A stretch of 64,000 nucleotides of DNA from an uncultured Alphaproteobacteria bacterium (GCA_949493535.1 CASZWJ010000004.1:38877-102876); one strand, 5' to 3'. Shown: positions 1-10,007, counted from the first letter of the stretch. Notes: generated by a model not told the origin, from the sequence alone. Numbers and translations: made by a program.

Positions 1-3000
1 TTAGAATTAATAGAAGTTCCTTTTTTATCTAGAATATTTGCGGCACCAGTTCCAATGATTGTTCCTTGGCTGTGGAAAATATTGTTGGCATTATCCATAT
101 CTTTTCGTGTCTCTAAATCACTGGCAACAATACGATTCATTGCCAACCAATCAGCTGTAGTGCTATTTCCGCTTAAAATTTTTCCCATTAAAGCTTCAAA
201 TGTGTCTCCAACTAAACCATAACTAGGGTTATAACGAATAACAGTTCCATCATCTAGGCTTAGTTCAACCACATCATTTGGTGAGTTTAACATACCATTA
301 ACAATATAACTTTGATACTTTTTCAAGGTCTCTTCAACGGCCTCAGCAGGAACCTTTTCTCCATTTACATAAAGCTCGCTTCTGCTTTCATCAAATGTAC
401 CAATAATCCCCCCTGGAGTACCAACTATGGCATTATATAAACCTAGCAAAGGTTTAACTACATTATCATTGAAAAATCCACTTTCTAATGAATCTGAAGC
501 TTGTTGTCCTGCTTGAACAAGGTTACCAGATGCATCACGCATGTTTTCATGATAATTTGCGATATCATCAATAAGTTTTCCAGGGCCATCGGTTATAACA
601 GAATGATTAATTGTCAGGTCAACATCTAACGCTCCTGTTACTTGGTCTTTGGTAATGGTTTCTGTTTTATTGATATCTCTGTTGATGCCGGAGATATCGC
701 TTCCATCAGCAACTTCAATATTTCCTTTGCCGATAGTTGCATGAGTCATACCTTCTTTTTCATAACCATTATCTGTGATAGTAAGGTGCGTTTTACCATC
801 ATCATATCCATCATTTGATCCCAAAGGATTCCCGCCCAGATTTGTATTGATAGAAATTCCGCTATTGGAGTTTCTGTCATAATTATAAATATCGTTAGCT
901 TCGATAGATCCTGCTTTAATATCCAGATTTCCGGCATCTTTACCGTCTTTGTCGATATTAGCAATTAAAGAACCATCCATTTTCAGCTTACCGTCAACAT
1001 CAATGTCAACTGATTCTGTACCAATAATGGATGTCTGATTATCTACCCACTGGCGATCACTTTCGCCACTGCTTTGGCTCAAGCCACCTGTCGGAGCTCC
1101 ACCTCCAAATCCTACATTATAGCTGTTTGAGCTACTATTTGCATGACTTTCATTTTGTTTAGAAGCTAGATTCATATCCCCGCCAACATTAACATCAATA
1201 TTTTTAGCAAGAGCATTATATCCTTCTGCATTCATATTGCCAGCGACATTATAAGAAATCTTACCTTCTTCTGCATAAGAACCCGAATTATTATACTGAT
1301 TTACGATTTCTTTAGATTTAGACTTTCCTGTACCAACACTTCCATATGCACCGGATTTACTGCTGATACCTGCTGAGGCATTGCTTTCAGTTGTTTGTGA
1401 GCTACTATGATAAGTATCTTTGCTTGCTTGTATATTGAGATTGTTGGCTACATTATACTCTATATCGCCTTTATTAGAAATCACTAGAGACCCAACTTGG
1501 TTTAAGTCGTTTCCTGCACTTAAGCTAATATCTTTTTCTGCAATAATATTAGATGCTGTATTTTTAACTGAACCAGAAGTTGTTTCTGTTTTAGTTGTTT
1601 CTGTTGTTATCCCTGCATCAGCATAAAAGCCTAAAGTTGGGGCTGTATTTTGGGCAGTCTCCAAAGATTGACTAGCTGCTTGAGTAACAAATGCCAAATT
1701 AGCCGTTGCAGCAGCCAAACTTATTTCTGCATCTTTTACAGCATCCGAGGAAGCTTTCCCTTGTGAATGTAATTTTTTAATTTTATCTAGATTATCTTTA
1801 GCTTTTTTGACTGCTTCAGCAGCTTCAATATTAGCATCTACAGCATAAACCGCATCCACGGCAACGTGTCCAACCCCCGCAGTTGCTGAAATTTTGCTTT
1901 CGCTGTGGGTTTTCTTGTCGTCTTCCGTGCTTTGTGAGGAAGTAATATTGATGTTATTTTCTGCCGAAATACTGACATTGTTGTCAGATATAATGTTAGA
2001 ACCTTTAAGATTAACATCTTCTGTCGCACTGATATTTACATTTCCACCAGCCTTAATATTAGAAGAAACTGCATTCTTCTGGACATTATCCCAAGTATCT
2101 TTAGTTTCTTCGCCAAGTTCCTTACTTACGGTAATTTTTCCGTTTTCAAAACCAATATCAACCGCTGATGTCAAAGATTTCATCATATTTGTCTTTTCAT
2201 GGACTTCGCGGTGTTTGGTAGTTTCTTCGCCGCTTAGAATATTAACAGAACCATCCTTACCGGATTTCTCGACTTTGCCATCGACTCCGGCTTTGTAGCC
2301 CGCCAAAATATTGACATCTTTGCCTGCTTCAACATTTGAAGCAACGAGCGTTGTATCTTTACCCGAAACAACGGTTAATCCCTCGGTTGTTTTAATATTT
2401 GAGCCGCGCAGGCGTTTTTCTTCGTGTTCGACTTCGTCTAACGATTTTTTCAAACCACCCAAAGACGATTTCTTAGTCTTGGAATAAGAATAGCTACTGT
2501 CTTCGGCGGCAACGGCAGTAATGTCGCCGCCTGCAATGATTTGGGCATCTTTCCCGGCTTCGACTTTTGAGCCTTTCGAGAATAAATCTTTAACCGATTC
2601 GATGAGGGCATTGCCGCCGGCCACGATTACTGATCCCACATTTTGAAGACTGTCTTTAACGCTTGTTGTGGTCTTTTTGCTCAAGAAGCCGGATTTTTTC
2701 ATCGTCCGTTCTTCGCGGTTATGCAATTCAACCGTATCTAAAATAATGTTTTCTGCCTTAAGGGCGACATCGCCTTCTTTGCTTTCGAGTTTTGCCCCTT
2801 TGCTGGCGTATGTGCCGCTTGCCTCAATCTGCAAGCCCTTATTACCGGAGATGACGGCTTCTTGTCCGGTTTTCTCTGTAAGAGTATAGTTTTTGCCATC
2901 ACGCATTTCTTCGGTATATTTCTTGGTTTCGTTCAAAATATCGCCGGCCTTGATAGTTGTTACTTCGCCGCCGATATTACCGCTGCGGTTAATCAGGGTT

Positions 3001-6000
3001 TGAGTGTCAATATCCGTTCTGCTACCGATAATGCGGGCGGTATGTCCGCGGTTGCTTTCGTTTAACAGGTTTTGGGCTTTGAGCGTAATCTCGTTTTTGG
3101 CAAACATATCGCCGGAGTTGCTGATGTTTCCTGCTGCGATTGCGATATTTTGACCTGTCATTTTTGCGCCGTACCCACCGATTTTAATCTTATCAAGCGT
3201 TGCATCGCACAAATAAAGTTCCGGAACAAGCACTTTTTCGCCGTTAACCTCTTTCTCCACATACCATATTATGTCGCTGTTCAATTGTTTAATCTGTTCC
3301 GGGGTAAGGGCAATGCCGATTTTAAGGTCTAGCCGTTCATATTCGTTAGCGGCATTGCGATACAGGGCTTTCATCTGGTCGAGGTCGTTTGAAATCTCGC
3401 CGTTGCCGAGGTAATGCCCGTAAGTCGCCTTGCGGATAGCATCCATAATCAAGCGGGTTTCATAAGCCGGATCGCCCAACATCTTGCGGGTGTTGTACTC
3501 ATTTGAAAAAGGTGTAATCCGGTCAAAGAAATAATCAGAGCCGATAAAATTCTGCCCAAAATAATCCACCGTTGAGGTAACCATATATTTCGGGTTATTG
3601 CTGACGGCAAACATTCCGTTGTTGCCGCGAGGCAAGGTCAAATCTACAGGAACTTGCCCCAATTTGAGGTCAGGAGCTTCATCGCGACCAAAACGAAATG
3701 CTCCGACAGGTTCTTCGACTTGGTCATTAATGACATTGCCGTCCACCGCGTTGATAACAAGGTTGTTTCCGGCAGTAACCAATGATTTTTCTTTGGAATA
3801 AAAGCGCTCATAGTAATATTCTGTAGCGTTATAAGTCTTTTTGCGTGTGCGAAGACGTTTTTTCTTCTTTGTCCGCATTTGCTTCAAGATAGGAAGCTGT
3901 GCAATCTCGCTGTAGGTTTGATTCACAAGGTGGGACGTATTAATAACAGCATCGTTCTTAGCCGAAAACGTCGAACTCTGGTTCAGGATGTCACGGCTGT
4001 TAATCGTTAGGTCATTGCCGGCCAAAATCGATGCAGCTTCTGAATCCATATGTGTGGCGTTGATTTTGTAACGCCCAAGTTCCAACCAACCCCAGTTATA
4101 AAGTGCAGAATCTCTGATTTTGTCATAATAGGTACTATAGCCTGCCGTGCCTGTGTTGTGATGATACCCCATATTATAAAGCTTGTCGGACTTAATATCG
4201 ATATTGTTCAGGCTTTCGATACGGCCGCCGACATTCACAAGGGCATTAAATTGGTCTTCACTGGCTTCAAACGGCGTGCTTGAAATCTGGCTATCAATTT
4301 TATCCGATGTCTTAAAGTCAGTGCCACTTGTTTTGTCAATCGTTTCGCCCTCGGCTTCAGTGTCGTCCCACAGCGTAAACTTAACCTCGTTGCCGTTTGC
4401 ATCAAGAATTGTCATCTTGTCAAGGTCTTCAAAGCTGATTGTCGGCTCGTCATCCGGCGTTTCAGCAGGCGTGACCTTACGTTCGCCAACATAAATCGTG
4501 TAACCGTCTATGGTATAAGAGTCACCAAGTTTGGGTTCTTCCGCAAAGGCATCTGGTGGCAGAATAATCTTTTTGCCGCTGTCAACCAAGGTAATTTCAA
4601 GCTCATCATCGCCTTCGTCAATCTCGCCATCTTTAATGTCAAACTCATTATTGCCGCCGTTTTCTGCGGTATGGTTGTTGTCCACGTTCGGGTTGTCATA
4701 AACCTTGTTCGGGTCAACGTCGCCGATTTTGGCATCTTTGCCTTTGAGTTCAATATCTCCGCCCGCAAAAATCTCAGACAGGTAATTGATAATGTCCTTG
4801 CCGACTTCAATAACCATATCCGCTCCGGCAATCAAACCGGAATCCCTGTGGTTGATGTAGTCGTTCTCAGTAGAAATATTGATGTTTCCGGCGGCGGCAA
4901 TCTGTCCGAGGTTGTGAATATTGTCAGCGGCAAGAGTTGCATCTGTTCCCGCAGCAATTTTACTGTTGTTGGTTATGTCTCCGGTTGTCGCAATAGATAA
5001 GGTGTCATCAGTGGCAATTTGGGCATTGTTGGTCAAAGTGCCTGATTTAATATCCAAAGTCTTGGCTGAAACTGAAGTTCCGTTAAGTTCTGTAGTGTTG
5101 CCGACTGTCAGACTGCCATTGTTTTGGGCAAGGATAGTATCATTATTTGTCAGATTATTGCCGACCGTAACGGTCAAATCATTATCAGCAACCAGTTTTC
5201 CGGCGTTTGTCAGGTTGTTTTTGGCTTCAATCGCAATATCTGCGGCATTCAAAAACTGGCTGTTGAGGTTGATATCGTTATCCGCTTTGAGGTTGGCCGA
5301 GGTAAGGGCAGCCAGTTGTGTATTAGAGTGAATATCTTGTCCAACGGCAATTTCCAAAGTATCAGATAAAACAAAGTCGCCGTTTAAGGCGACATCATTT
5401 TTAGCAGACACAGAGGCATTGTTTTCGGCAACAACAATGCCGGAGTTTTGGTGTGTAACCGACCCGGCAGCGGATGCAACCCGCACATTATTTTTGGCCG
5501 CGGTGTTTTTGAACACAATATCGCCGTCAGCAGTAATCTCAACATTATCCATATCGGCAACCAAATTGCCATCCGTGCGAATACCCATACCGCTTTGCGT
5601 AGCTTCAATCTTAATCCGTCCTGCATACATTCCGCCCAAAGCCGAGCTGTCAATCGCAACGGTAACTTCCGGCGTAGTGGCTTCGCCAGTTTCGGACACC
5701 GAGGGTTTAGATGTGATTTTCTTGCTCTCATAGTCAAAGGTGTCGTTACCAGTCTTGACATTAAGCTCTTGATCGGCATCAACATAAATGTTTCCGGCAA
5801 TTTTAACCGCTTGAGAGACCAAATCTGCCCCACCGCCTTGAACATGAAGACCGAACGCTTCTTCGCCGACACCCTCAACCTTAATCGTACCAATGGTCGA
5901 AATCGCAAAATCCTGAACCTTGCCATCGACAACATTCGGTTTACCCGTAATCATTGTAAGACGACTGGTATTGATAAATCCGGCCCCTTCGGCGGTAATA

Positions 6001-6458
6001 CCGTTCGGGTTGGCAATAATCAAAGCGGCTTTCTTACCAAAAATCTCGGTGTAGCCTTTCAGAGCTGTTGTAGAGTTTGATGTAACTTCGTTCAAAATAA
6101 CCCGCGCGGCATCGCCAAGTCCAAAATTCGGGTTATAGGCTACTGTGCCGCCAAGGGTACTCTCAGCTTGTCCGATATTGGTGTTAAAAGAAAGGTTGTT
6201 TAAAATAAGGTTTTTATCTGAGACATTATATTCAATAAATTTGTTGTGAGAAACACCGCCCGCAGTAGGTTTGACAATGTTTAAGACATCCGTGCCGTTG
6301 GCTGATTGCACAAAATGCGGAGCTCCGGCACCTTGATGGGCATTTTGATCAATGACAATGTTATTATTTTGGGCAAACACTAAGGACGAAAACGAAACAG
6401 ACGAAAGAAGCAGGTAAGAGAATAACCTTGCTTGATGTTTTAAAGTAGTGTTTTCCAT
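1..6458 (-). CDS. Two-partner-secretion exoprotein (TpsA / filamentous haemagglutinin family), N-terminal ~2150 aa; gene continues beyond window start
   Basis: Reverse translation from ATG at 6456-6458 gives MENTTLKHQARLFSYLLLSSVSFSSLVFAQNNNIVIDQNAHQGAGAPHFVQSANGTDVLNIVKPTAGGVSHNKFIEYNVSDKNLILNN... followed by an NPNGI motif, the canonical TPS secretion domain. The rest is a long Gly/Asn/Thr/Val-rich beta-helical repeat region. All listed antisense and other-frame ORFs in 1-6458 are short and in a different frame, consistent with one uninterrupted minus-strand reading frame running off the window edge. Confidence 0.8.
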   Translation of the reverse strand, partial: MENTTLKHQARLFSYLLLSSVSFSSLVFAQNNNIVIDQNAHQGAGAPHFVQSANGTDVLNIVKPTAGGVSHNKFIEYNVSDKNLILNNLSFNTNIGQAESTLGGTVAYNPNFGLGDAARVILNEVTSNSTTALKGYTEIFGKKAALIIANPNGITAEGAGFINTSRLTMITGKPNVVDGKVQDFAISTIGTIKVEGVGEEAFGLHVQGGGADLVSQAVKIAGNIYVDADQELNVKTGNDTFDYESKKITSKPSVSETGEATTPEVTVAIDSSALGGMYAGRIKIEATQSGMGIRTDGNLVADMDNVEITADGDIVFKNTAAKNNVRVASAAGSVTHQNSGIVVAENNASVSAKNDVALNGDFVLSDTLEIAVGQDIHSNTQLAALTSANLKADNDINLNSQFLNAADIAIEAKNNLTNAGKLVADNDLTVTVGNNLTNNDTILAQNNGSLTVGNTTELNGTSVSAKTLDIKSGTLTNNAQIATDDTLSIATTGDITNNSKIAAGTDATLAADNIHNLGQIAAAGNINISTENDYINHRDSGLIAGADMVIEVGKDIINYLSEIFAGGDIELKGKDAKIGDVDPNKVYDNPNVDNNHTAENGGNNEFDIKDGEIDEGDDELEITLVDSGKKIILPPDAFAEEPKLGDSYTIDGYTIYVGERKVTPAETPDDEPTISFEDLDKMTILDANGNEVKFTLWDDTEAEGETIDKTSGTDFKTSDKIDSQISSTPFEASEDQFNALVNVGGRIESLNNIDIKSDKLYNMGYHHNTGTAGYSTYYDKIRDSALYNWGWLELGRYKINATHMDSEAASILAGNDLTINSRDILNQSSTFSAKNDAVINTSHLVNQTYSEIAQLPILKQMRTKKKKRLRTRKKTYNATEYYYERFYSKEKSLVTAGNNLVINAVDGNVINDQVEEPVGAFRFGRDEAPDLKLGQVPVDLTLPRGNNGMFAVSNNPKYMVTSTVDYFGQNFIGSDYFFDRITPFSNEYNTRKMLGDPAYETRLIMDAIRKATYGHYLGNGEISNDLDQMKALYRNAANEYERLDLKIGIALTPEQIKQLNSDIIWYVEKEVNGEKVLVPELYLCDATLDKIKIGGYGAKMTGQNIAIAAGNISNSGDMFAKNEITLKAQNLLNESNRGHTARIIGSRTDIDTQTLINRSGNIGGEVTTIKAGDILNETKKYTEEMRDGKNYTLTEKTGQEAVISGNKGLQIEASGTYASKGAKLESKEGDVALKAENIILDTVELHNREERTMKKSGFLSKKTTTSVKDSLQNVGSVIVAGGNALIESVKDLFSKGSKVEAGKDAQIIAGGDITAVAAEDSSYSYSKTKKSSLGGLKKSLDEVEHEEKRLRGSNIKTTEGLTVVSGKDTTLVASNVEAGKDVNILAGYKAGVDGKVEKSGKDGSVNILSGEETTKHREVHEKTNMMKSLTSAVDIGFENGKITVSKELGEETKDTWDNVQKNAVSSNIKAGGNVNISATEDVNLKGSNIISDNNVSISAENNINITSSQSTEDDKKTHSESKISATAGVGHVAVDAVYAVDANIEAAEAVKKAKDNLDKIKKLHSQGKASSDAVKDAEISLAAATANLAFVTQAASQSLETAQNTAPTLGFYADAGITTETTKTETTSGSVKNTASNIIAEKDISLSAGNDLNQVGSLVISNKGDIEYNVANNLNIQASKDTYHSSSQTTESNASAGISSKSGAYGSVGTGKSKSKEIVNQYNNSGSYAEEGKISYNVAGNMNAEGYNALAKNIDVNVGGDMNLASKQNESHANSSSNSYNVGFGGGAPTGGLSQSSGESDRQWVDNQTSIIGTESVDIDVDGKLKMDGSLIANIDKDGKDAGNLDIKAGSIEANDIYNYDRNSNSGISINTNLGGNPLGSNDGYDDGKTHLTITDNGYEKEGMTHATIGKGNIEVADGSDISGINRDINKTETITKDQVTGALDVDLTINHSVITDGPGKLIDDIANYHENMRDASGNLVQAGQQASDSLESGFFNDNVVKPLLGLYNAIVGTPGGIIGTFDESRSELYVNGEKVPAEAVEETLKKYQSYIVNGMLNSPNDVVELSLDDGTVIRYNPSYGLVGDTFEALMGKILSGNSTTADWLAMNRIVASDLETRKDMDNANNIFHSQGTIIGTGAANILDKKGTSINS

Positions 6459-6816
6459 AATGCACCACCCTTAAAAGTTAATATTTGGTAAACAGAAGTT
6501 TATAATATTTTTATCAATTTACAAGCTATAATTGCAATAAAATTCAAAAAAAATAACATTTTATATAAAATTTTGTGATAAAATTCAAACAATTAGGAAT
6601 AAAGTCATTATTTTTTGATCTAAATTACCTAATATTAACATAAAATAGAATTGTTTTTTCAAATACAACTAACGAATCGGAGGGGTACATTTTTATCTGT
6701 GGATAACATTACCGATATCACCTCACAAACAAAGAAGCAGATAGTCTCGATAAGACTGGACAACCCTCGAATACTAAGCAACCCTCAATTTACATTTAAT
6801 ATATAGAGGTGATGCT
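6459..6816. promoter_or_regulatory. AT-rich 5' region of the tpsA-like gene with direct repeats ATAAAATTCAAA (6537-6548 and 6571-6582); probable promoter/regulatory region
   Basis: 358 bp non-coding, about 25% GC. Two copies of a 12-mer lie 34 bp apart upstream of the TpsA start. No TpsB transporter gene is present here. Confidence 0.3.
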
Positions 6817-7602
6817 ATGCCTGACCAATTGTCTTTCAACTTTTCAGCTCCTACTTTTCAAACTGAAACAACCATCCGCCTACCTCAACAACCAATTATC
6901 CAAGATAGCGAAAATGATTGGTCAGCCAAAGAGGCGGAATTTTTCAAAATGTTTAATCAATTGGCTACAGAGAGCAACCGATCTTTACATACCGTATTTG
7001 ATGATTTTTGCTTGATGGGGCGCTGTATTGTTCATAATTTTGGAATGCAAGAACCGATTTTGGAACAATATATGCCTAAATATGAACAATGTCATACAGA
7101 ATATTAGGAGCGAGCGAAGCATTATCAACAATCTCAAATCATACTTATTTTAAATATGCTTAAAATCTTGTCTGAGTTATTGGCTTGGCAGCCGGATGAT
7201 TATTTGGGGCGTTATTTTGGTCAAATGCGCTTAGATAAGCATTTCCACGGGCAGTTTTTCACGCCGATTCACATTTGCGAGTTCATGGCAGCCATAACTT
7301 TCGGAGATAAACTGCCAACAGGCAGATATTTAAAGGTGGCTGAACCTGCTTGTGGATCCGGGGCAATGATAATCGGGGCTGTCAGTCATTTCAAAAAGTT
7401 AGGCGTAAACAATTTGGGCGGAAAGTTATTGATTCAAGCAACAGATATCGACAGCTTGTGTGTCAATATGGCTTATTTACAGCTTGGTATATTAGGATTA
7501 TCGGTACAAATTGTTCATGGCAATACGCTCACTCTTGAAGCATGGGATGCCTTTGATACTCCCAATTTGCAAATCAATAACTGCTTAGGGTATTATAAAT
7601 AA
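6817..7602 (+). pseudogene. Remnant of an N6-adenine DNA methyltransferase (gamma-class / HsdM-like N-terminal half), interrupted by in-frame TAG at 7105-7107 and C-terminally truncated
   Basis: ORFs 6817-7107 and 7156-7602 are in the same frame, separated only by one TAG. The second part carries GQFFTP (the FxTP motif of amino-MTases) and AEPACGSGAMI (SAM-binding motif I, D/E-P-x-C-G-S-G). A hydrophobic stretch follows, but no NPPF/Y catalytic motif IV precedes the stop. The total is about 260 aa against about 500 aa for intact HsdM-type enzymes. Confidence 0.5.
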
Positions 7603-7701
7603 GTGTAGAGTGTTATTAGAACACTTATAATTTATTGGTTTGACTTTATAATTTTTATTCGGTTAGATATAATAAAGTCAATTTTATTACAGGGGGATAC
7701 A

Positions 7702-8103
7702 ATGGCTAAGATGGAACACCAAAATAAATTGTCGGATAATTTAATGGGAATGGCTGTTTTAGGGCTGATTATTTATGGCGTGTACAGCTTTTTCGCACCC
7801 AATGAACCTGCTAAACCCTACTCAACAGAAGAAACAAACGAGATTGCATCGCAGTTTAGTCTTGCGGATGGCTTCCATTATGAACTGATGAAAAAGGTTG
7901 TATCCACTCGAATGCACAATCCGAACAGCTTCAAGCATATCAAGACCAATTATTCCATAAACCGCAACGAAGAAGGTTATCCGGAGTTTTTGATGGTAAC
8001 AATGGTTTATCAAGGTGTCGATGATATGAATATGCCCTATGAAGATGTGGTGACTGCGAAAGCTGCCATAGATGGCACGATTTTAGAGATCATAAAAAAA
8101 TAA
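7702..8103 (+). CDS. Hypothetical small membrane-anchored protein (N-terminal TM helix LMGMAVLGLIIYGVYSFFA)
   Basis: 133-aa ORF with an upstream AGGGGGA-like RBS region, a single predicted N-terminal TM segment and no recognisable domain. It is followed by a hairpin terminator. Confidence 0.4.
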   Translation: MAKMEHQNKLSDNLMGMAVLGLIIYGVYSFFAPNEPAKPYSTEETNEIASQFSLADGFHYELMKKVVSTRMHNPNSFKHIKTNYSINRNEEGYPEFLMVTMVYQGVDDMNMPYEDVVTAKAAIDGTILEIIKK

Positions 8104-8124
8104 TAAAAACTCCGTTGCAATGCA

Positions 8125-8164
8125 AAAAAGTTAGCCCCGAATGAACTCTCGGGGCTTGTTTTTT
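8125..8164. terminator. Bidirectional rho-independent terminator (hairpin AGCCCCGA-ATGAACTC-TCGGGGCT with flanking A/T runs)
   Basis: GC-rich 8-bp stem at 8133-8156 followed by TTGTTTTTT on + and preceded by AAAAAAG, lying between convergent ORFs 7702-8103 (+) and 8163-8507 (-). Confidence 0.5.
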
Positions 8165-8507
8165 AGTCTTGTGAATGGCGAATTCTGAAATCATCTGTTA
8201 CTACTGCCTGTAAAATCATTGTCAAATTACAGTTTAGATATGTATTCATATTTTCGGCCAAATTTTCATCATTCCATCCGGTCAATTCCTTGATTTCTTT
8301 TAGGGACATGCCTTCTGGAGCATTTAACTTATTTATAATTTCACCCATTTGATCCTGTAGAGGATCATTACTCAAATCAATATCTATCATACGGATGGGA
8401 TAATCATCATTAATATCTTCAACCTGTTTAAGCAAATAAAGATAAAAAATAATTTTAGAGATGGCATTTTTGATGCGAAGTTCGCGAAAAACCACATTTT
8501 TAGACAA
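8163..8507 (-). CDS. Hypothetical protein (possible HTH segment MSLKEIKELTGWN)
   Basis: 114-aa ORF with no recognisable domain. It lies between the tRNA-Lys region and the MTase remnant. Real start uncertain. Confidence 0.3.
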   Translation of the reverse strand: MSKNVVFRELRIKNAISKIIFYLYLLKQVEDINDDYPIRMIDIDLSNDPLQDQMGEIINKLNAPEGMSLKEIKELTGWNDENLAENMNTYLNCNLTMILQAVVTDDFRIRHSQD

Positions 8508-8720
8508 CCGATAGCCAGTTTAGATTCACAAACCGATTTAAAACATTTTGCCCTCAACACCAATAAATCCAATGGTGGAACGTTGTCTAAGAAGCCCCAC
8601 CCTAACAGAGACTTTCTACCCGCTTAGACCGAAATTTATGCCATTTAGGGTGGGGCTTCATAGACTAAAATTCCACACTAAAACTTCCCAAACCCGCTTA
8701 TTTTCTGGGCTATACGGCAC

Positions 8721-8757
8721 AAAAAAATCTCCGCATTTCTACGGAGATTTTCTTAAA
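8721..8757 (-). terminator. Rho-independent terminator immediately 3' of tRNA-Lys (hairpin ATCTCCG-n8-CGGAGAT + U-run on minus strand)
   Basis: On the minus strand the tRNA CCA end at 8758 is followed by AAGAAAATCTCCGTAGAAATGCGGAGATTTTTTT. Confidence 0.55.
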
Positions 8758-8833
8758 TGGTGAGCGCGTCGGGATTCGAACCCGAGACCCTTTGATTAAA
8801 AGTCAAATGCTCTACCAGCTGAGCTACGCACCC
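8758..8833 (-). tRNA. tRNA-Lys (anticodon UUU)
   Basis: Reverse complement reads GGGTGCGTAGCTCAGCTGGTAGAGCATTTGACTTTTAATCAAAGGGTCTCGGGTTCGAATCCCGACGCGCTCACCA. It folds as a cloverleaf with a 7-bp acceptor stem (two G-U pairs), D-loop AGCTGGTA, anticodon loop CTTTTAA, T-loop TTCGAAT and encoded CCA. It is close to the E. coli tRNA-Lys sequence. Confidence 0.9.
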
Positions 8834-8996
8834 ACAATTTGTGGTAACGAAGGAATGTATAATAGATAAAAAATACTTAGTCAACACAAAAAACAAAAAA
8901 AATTAAAAAAAATAAATTTAATTAAAAATGTAGTATATTTATTAACAATTATATGTTACCATTCTGATAAATTAAACGAATAAACAGAGGTTGATA

Positions 8997-9305
8997 ATGG
9001 CTGAAAACATTGTTCCGGAAAGAGAAGAAGAATACAATATCCTTCAGAATGAAGCCGGTGAAATTTTAATTATCATCAAAGTACGCTCCGGCGGTCCTGA
9101 AAATCCGCGTTTGGTTTATGACGGCGGCAGAAGCGCTTTATTATACCGCAGCCGCGAAAGCGCTGTTTTGCTTACCGGCGTTAATCCCGAAGCAAGTTCT
9201 CCGTTGAAAGCCGTCAGCGAAGTATTGGTTGTAGAGCTTGAAGGCGATGAAGTTGCCCGTGAATATATGGTTCCTTTGCGGGTTGTTAAGAGTGCCGTTG
9301 CTTAA
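8997..9305 (+). CDS. Hypothetical small protein (102 aa)
   Basis: ORF with AGAGG RBS 9 nt upstream of ATG 8997, followed by a hairpin terminator. The sequence MAENIVPEREEEYNILQNEAGEILIIIKVRSGGPENPRLVYDGG... matches no family I recognise. Confidence 0.4.
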   Translation: MAENIVPEREEEYNILQNEAGEILIIIKVRSGGPENPRLVYDGGRSALLYRSRESAVLLTGVNPEASSPLKAVSEVLVVELEGDEVAREYMVPLRVVKSAVA

Positions 9306-9321
9306 TTTATCTAAAAAATTT

Positions 9322-9351
9322 TAACAGCGATTTTTTAATCGCTGTTTTTTT
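9322..9351 (+). terminator. Rho-independent terminator (AACAGCGATT-TTTTAATCGCTGTT + T7)
   Basis: Inverted repeat CAGCGATT / AATCGCTG followed by TTTTTTT downstream of the 8997-9305 ORF. Confidence 0.45.
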
Positions 9352-9373
9352 ATGCTTATTCCGAATCGCCAAA

Positions 9374-9961
9374 TTACGAATCGTTGATTTCTTTCTCTAT
9401 TCGCGGTTGGCAGCCGCAATAATCCTGATTATACAACTTTAATTCTTTAACCAGTTGATTGCGCAATTCCTGCATTCCTCCCTTTCGCCCCTCTATTTCA
9501 ACATATGCCACTCCCGTCTCGGCAGAAGCCTTGGCCGCCATTTCATTAACCTGAGCCAGATTTTTGTAACGGGAAACACCTAAAACGGAGCCGACTGCCG
9601 TAAAACCGTTAGCTTTGGCATATTCCATAACCCTTTTAAGACGCAGATGAAAACAAATTGAACAACGCCTTCCTCTTTCCGGCTCATTTTCCAACCCCGT
9701 AACTGCTTGGCACCAGCGCCCGTTATCATATTCAAGCTCAATAAAAGGAACATTATACTGCGTGCAGACACGCGCATTTTCATCACGCCGCTTTTCATAT
9801 TCAGCCCAAGGCCTGATATTCGGATTATAAAAAACAACTGTAAATTCCCTGCCCTCTTCAGCCAGAGTTTTAATCACGGCACAAGAACACGGCGCACAGC
9901 AAGACAAAAGCAAAATTTTTTCGGGCATATCTTTCCTCATCATTTTTTTCATAAAATACAA
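9374..9961 (-). CDS. queH: Epoxyqueuosine reductase QueH (DUF208 family)
   Basis: Translation contains ILLLSCCAPCS, the Cys cluster typical of QueH. The length of about 185 aa matches the family. The likely true start is the ATG at 9928 (MPEKILLL...) with an AGGAAAG RBS, rather than the longest-ORF start. Confidence 0.7.
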   Translation of the reverse strand: MYFMKKMMRKDMPEKILLLSCCAPCSCAVIKTLAEEGREFTVVFYNPNIRPWAEYEKRRDENARVCTQYNVPFIELEYDNGRWCQAVTGLENEPERGRRCSICFHLRLKRVMEYAKANGFTAVGSVLGVSRYKNLAQVNEMAAKASAETGVAYVEIEGRKGGMQELRNQLVKELKLYNQDYCGCQPRIEKEINDS

Positions 9962-10007
9962 TCAAATGTTAAATATTGCAAATTATAATATCTTTGGAGA
10001 GGAATAC

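Noticed and set aside
5384-5935. 183-aa Arg-rich ORF antisense to tpsA
   Set aside because: It is the antisense frame of the beta-helix repeat region. The composition (R/L/P-rich) is typical of antisense artefacts and it has no RBS.
1-6458. Possible CRISPR-like periodic repeats in the first 6 kb
   Set aside because: The periodicity is codon-level repetition inside one long ORF (beta-helical adhesin repeats). The repeats are imperfect and of varying length with no spacer/repeat alternation, and no cas genes are present.
8548-8763. 71-aa ORF on the plus strand next to tRNA-Lys
   Set aside because: It overlaps the tRNA-Lys terminator hairpin and a long inverted repeat (AAGCCCCACCCTAA...TTAGGGTGGGGCTTC at 8591-8658). 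It has no RBS. The inverted repeat itself may be a structural RNA or terminator element but is not a CDS.
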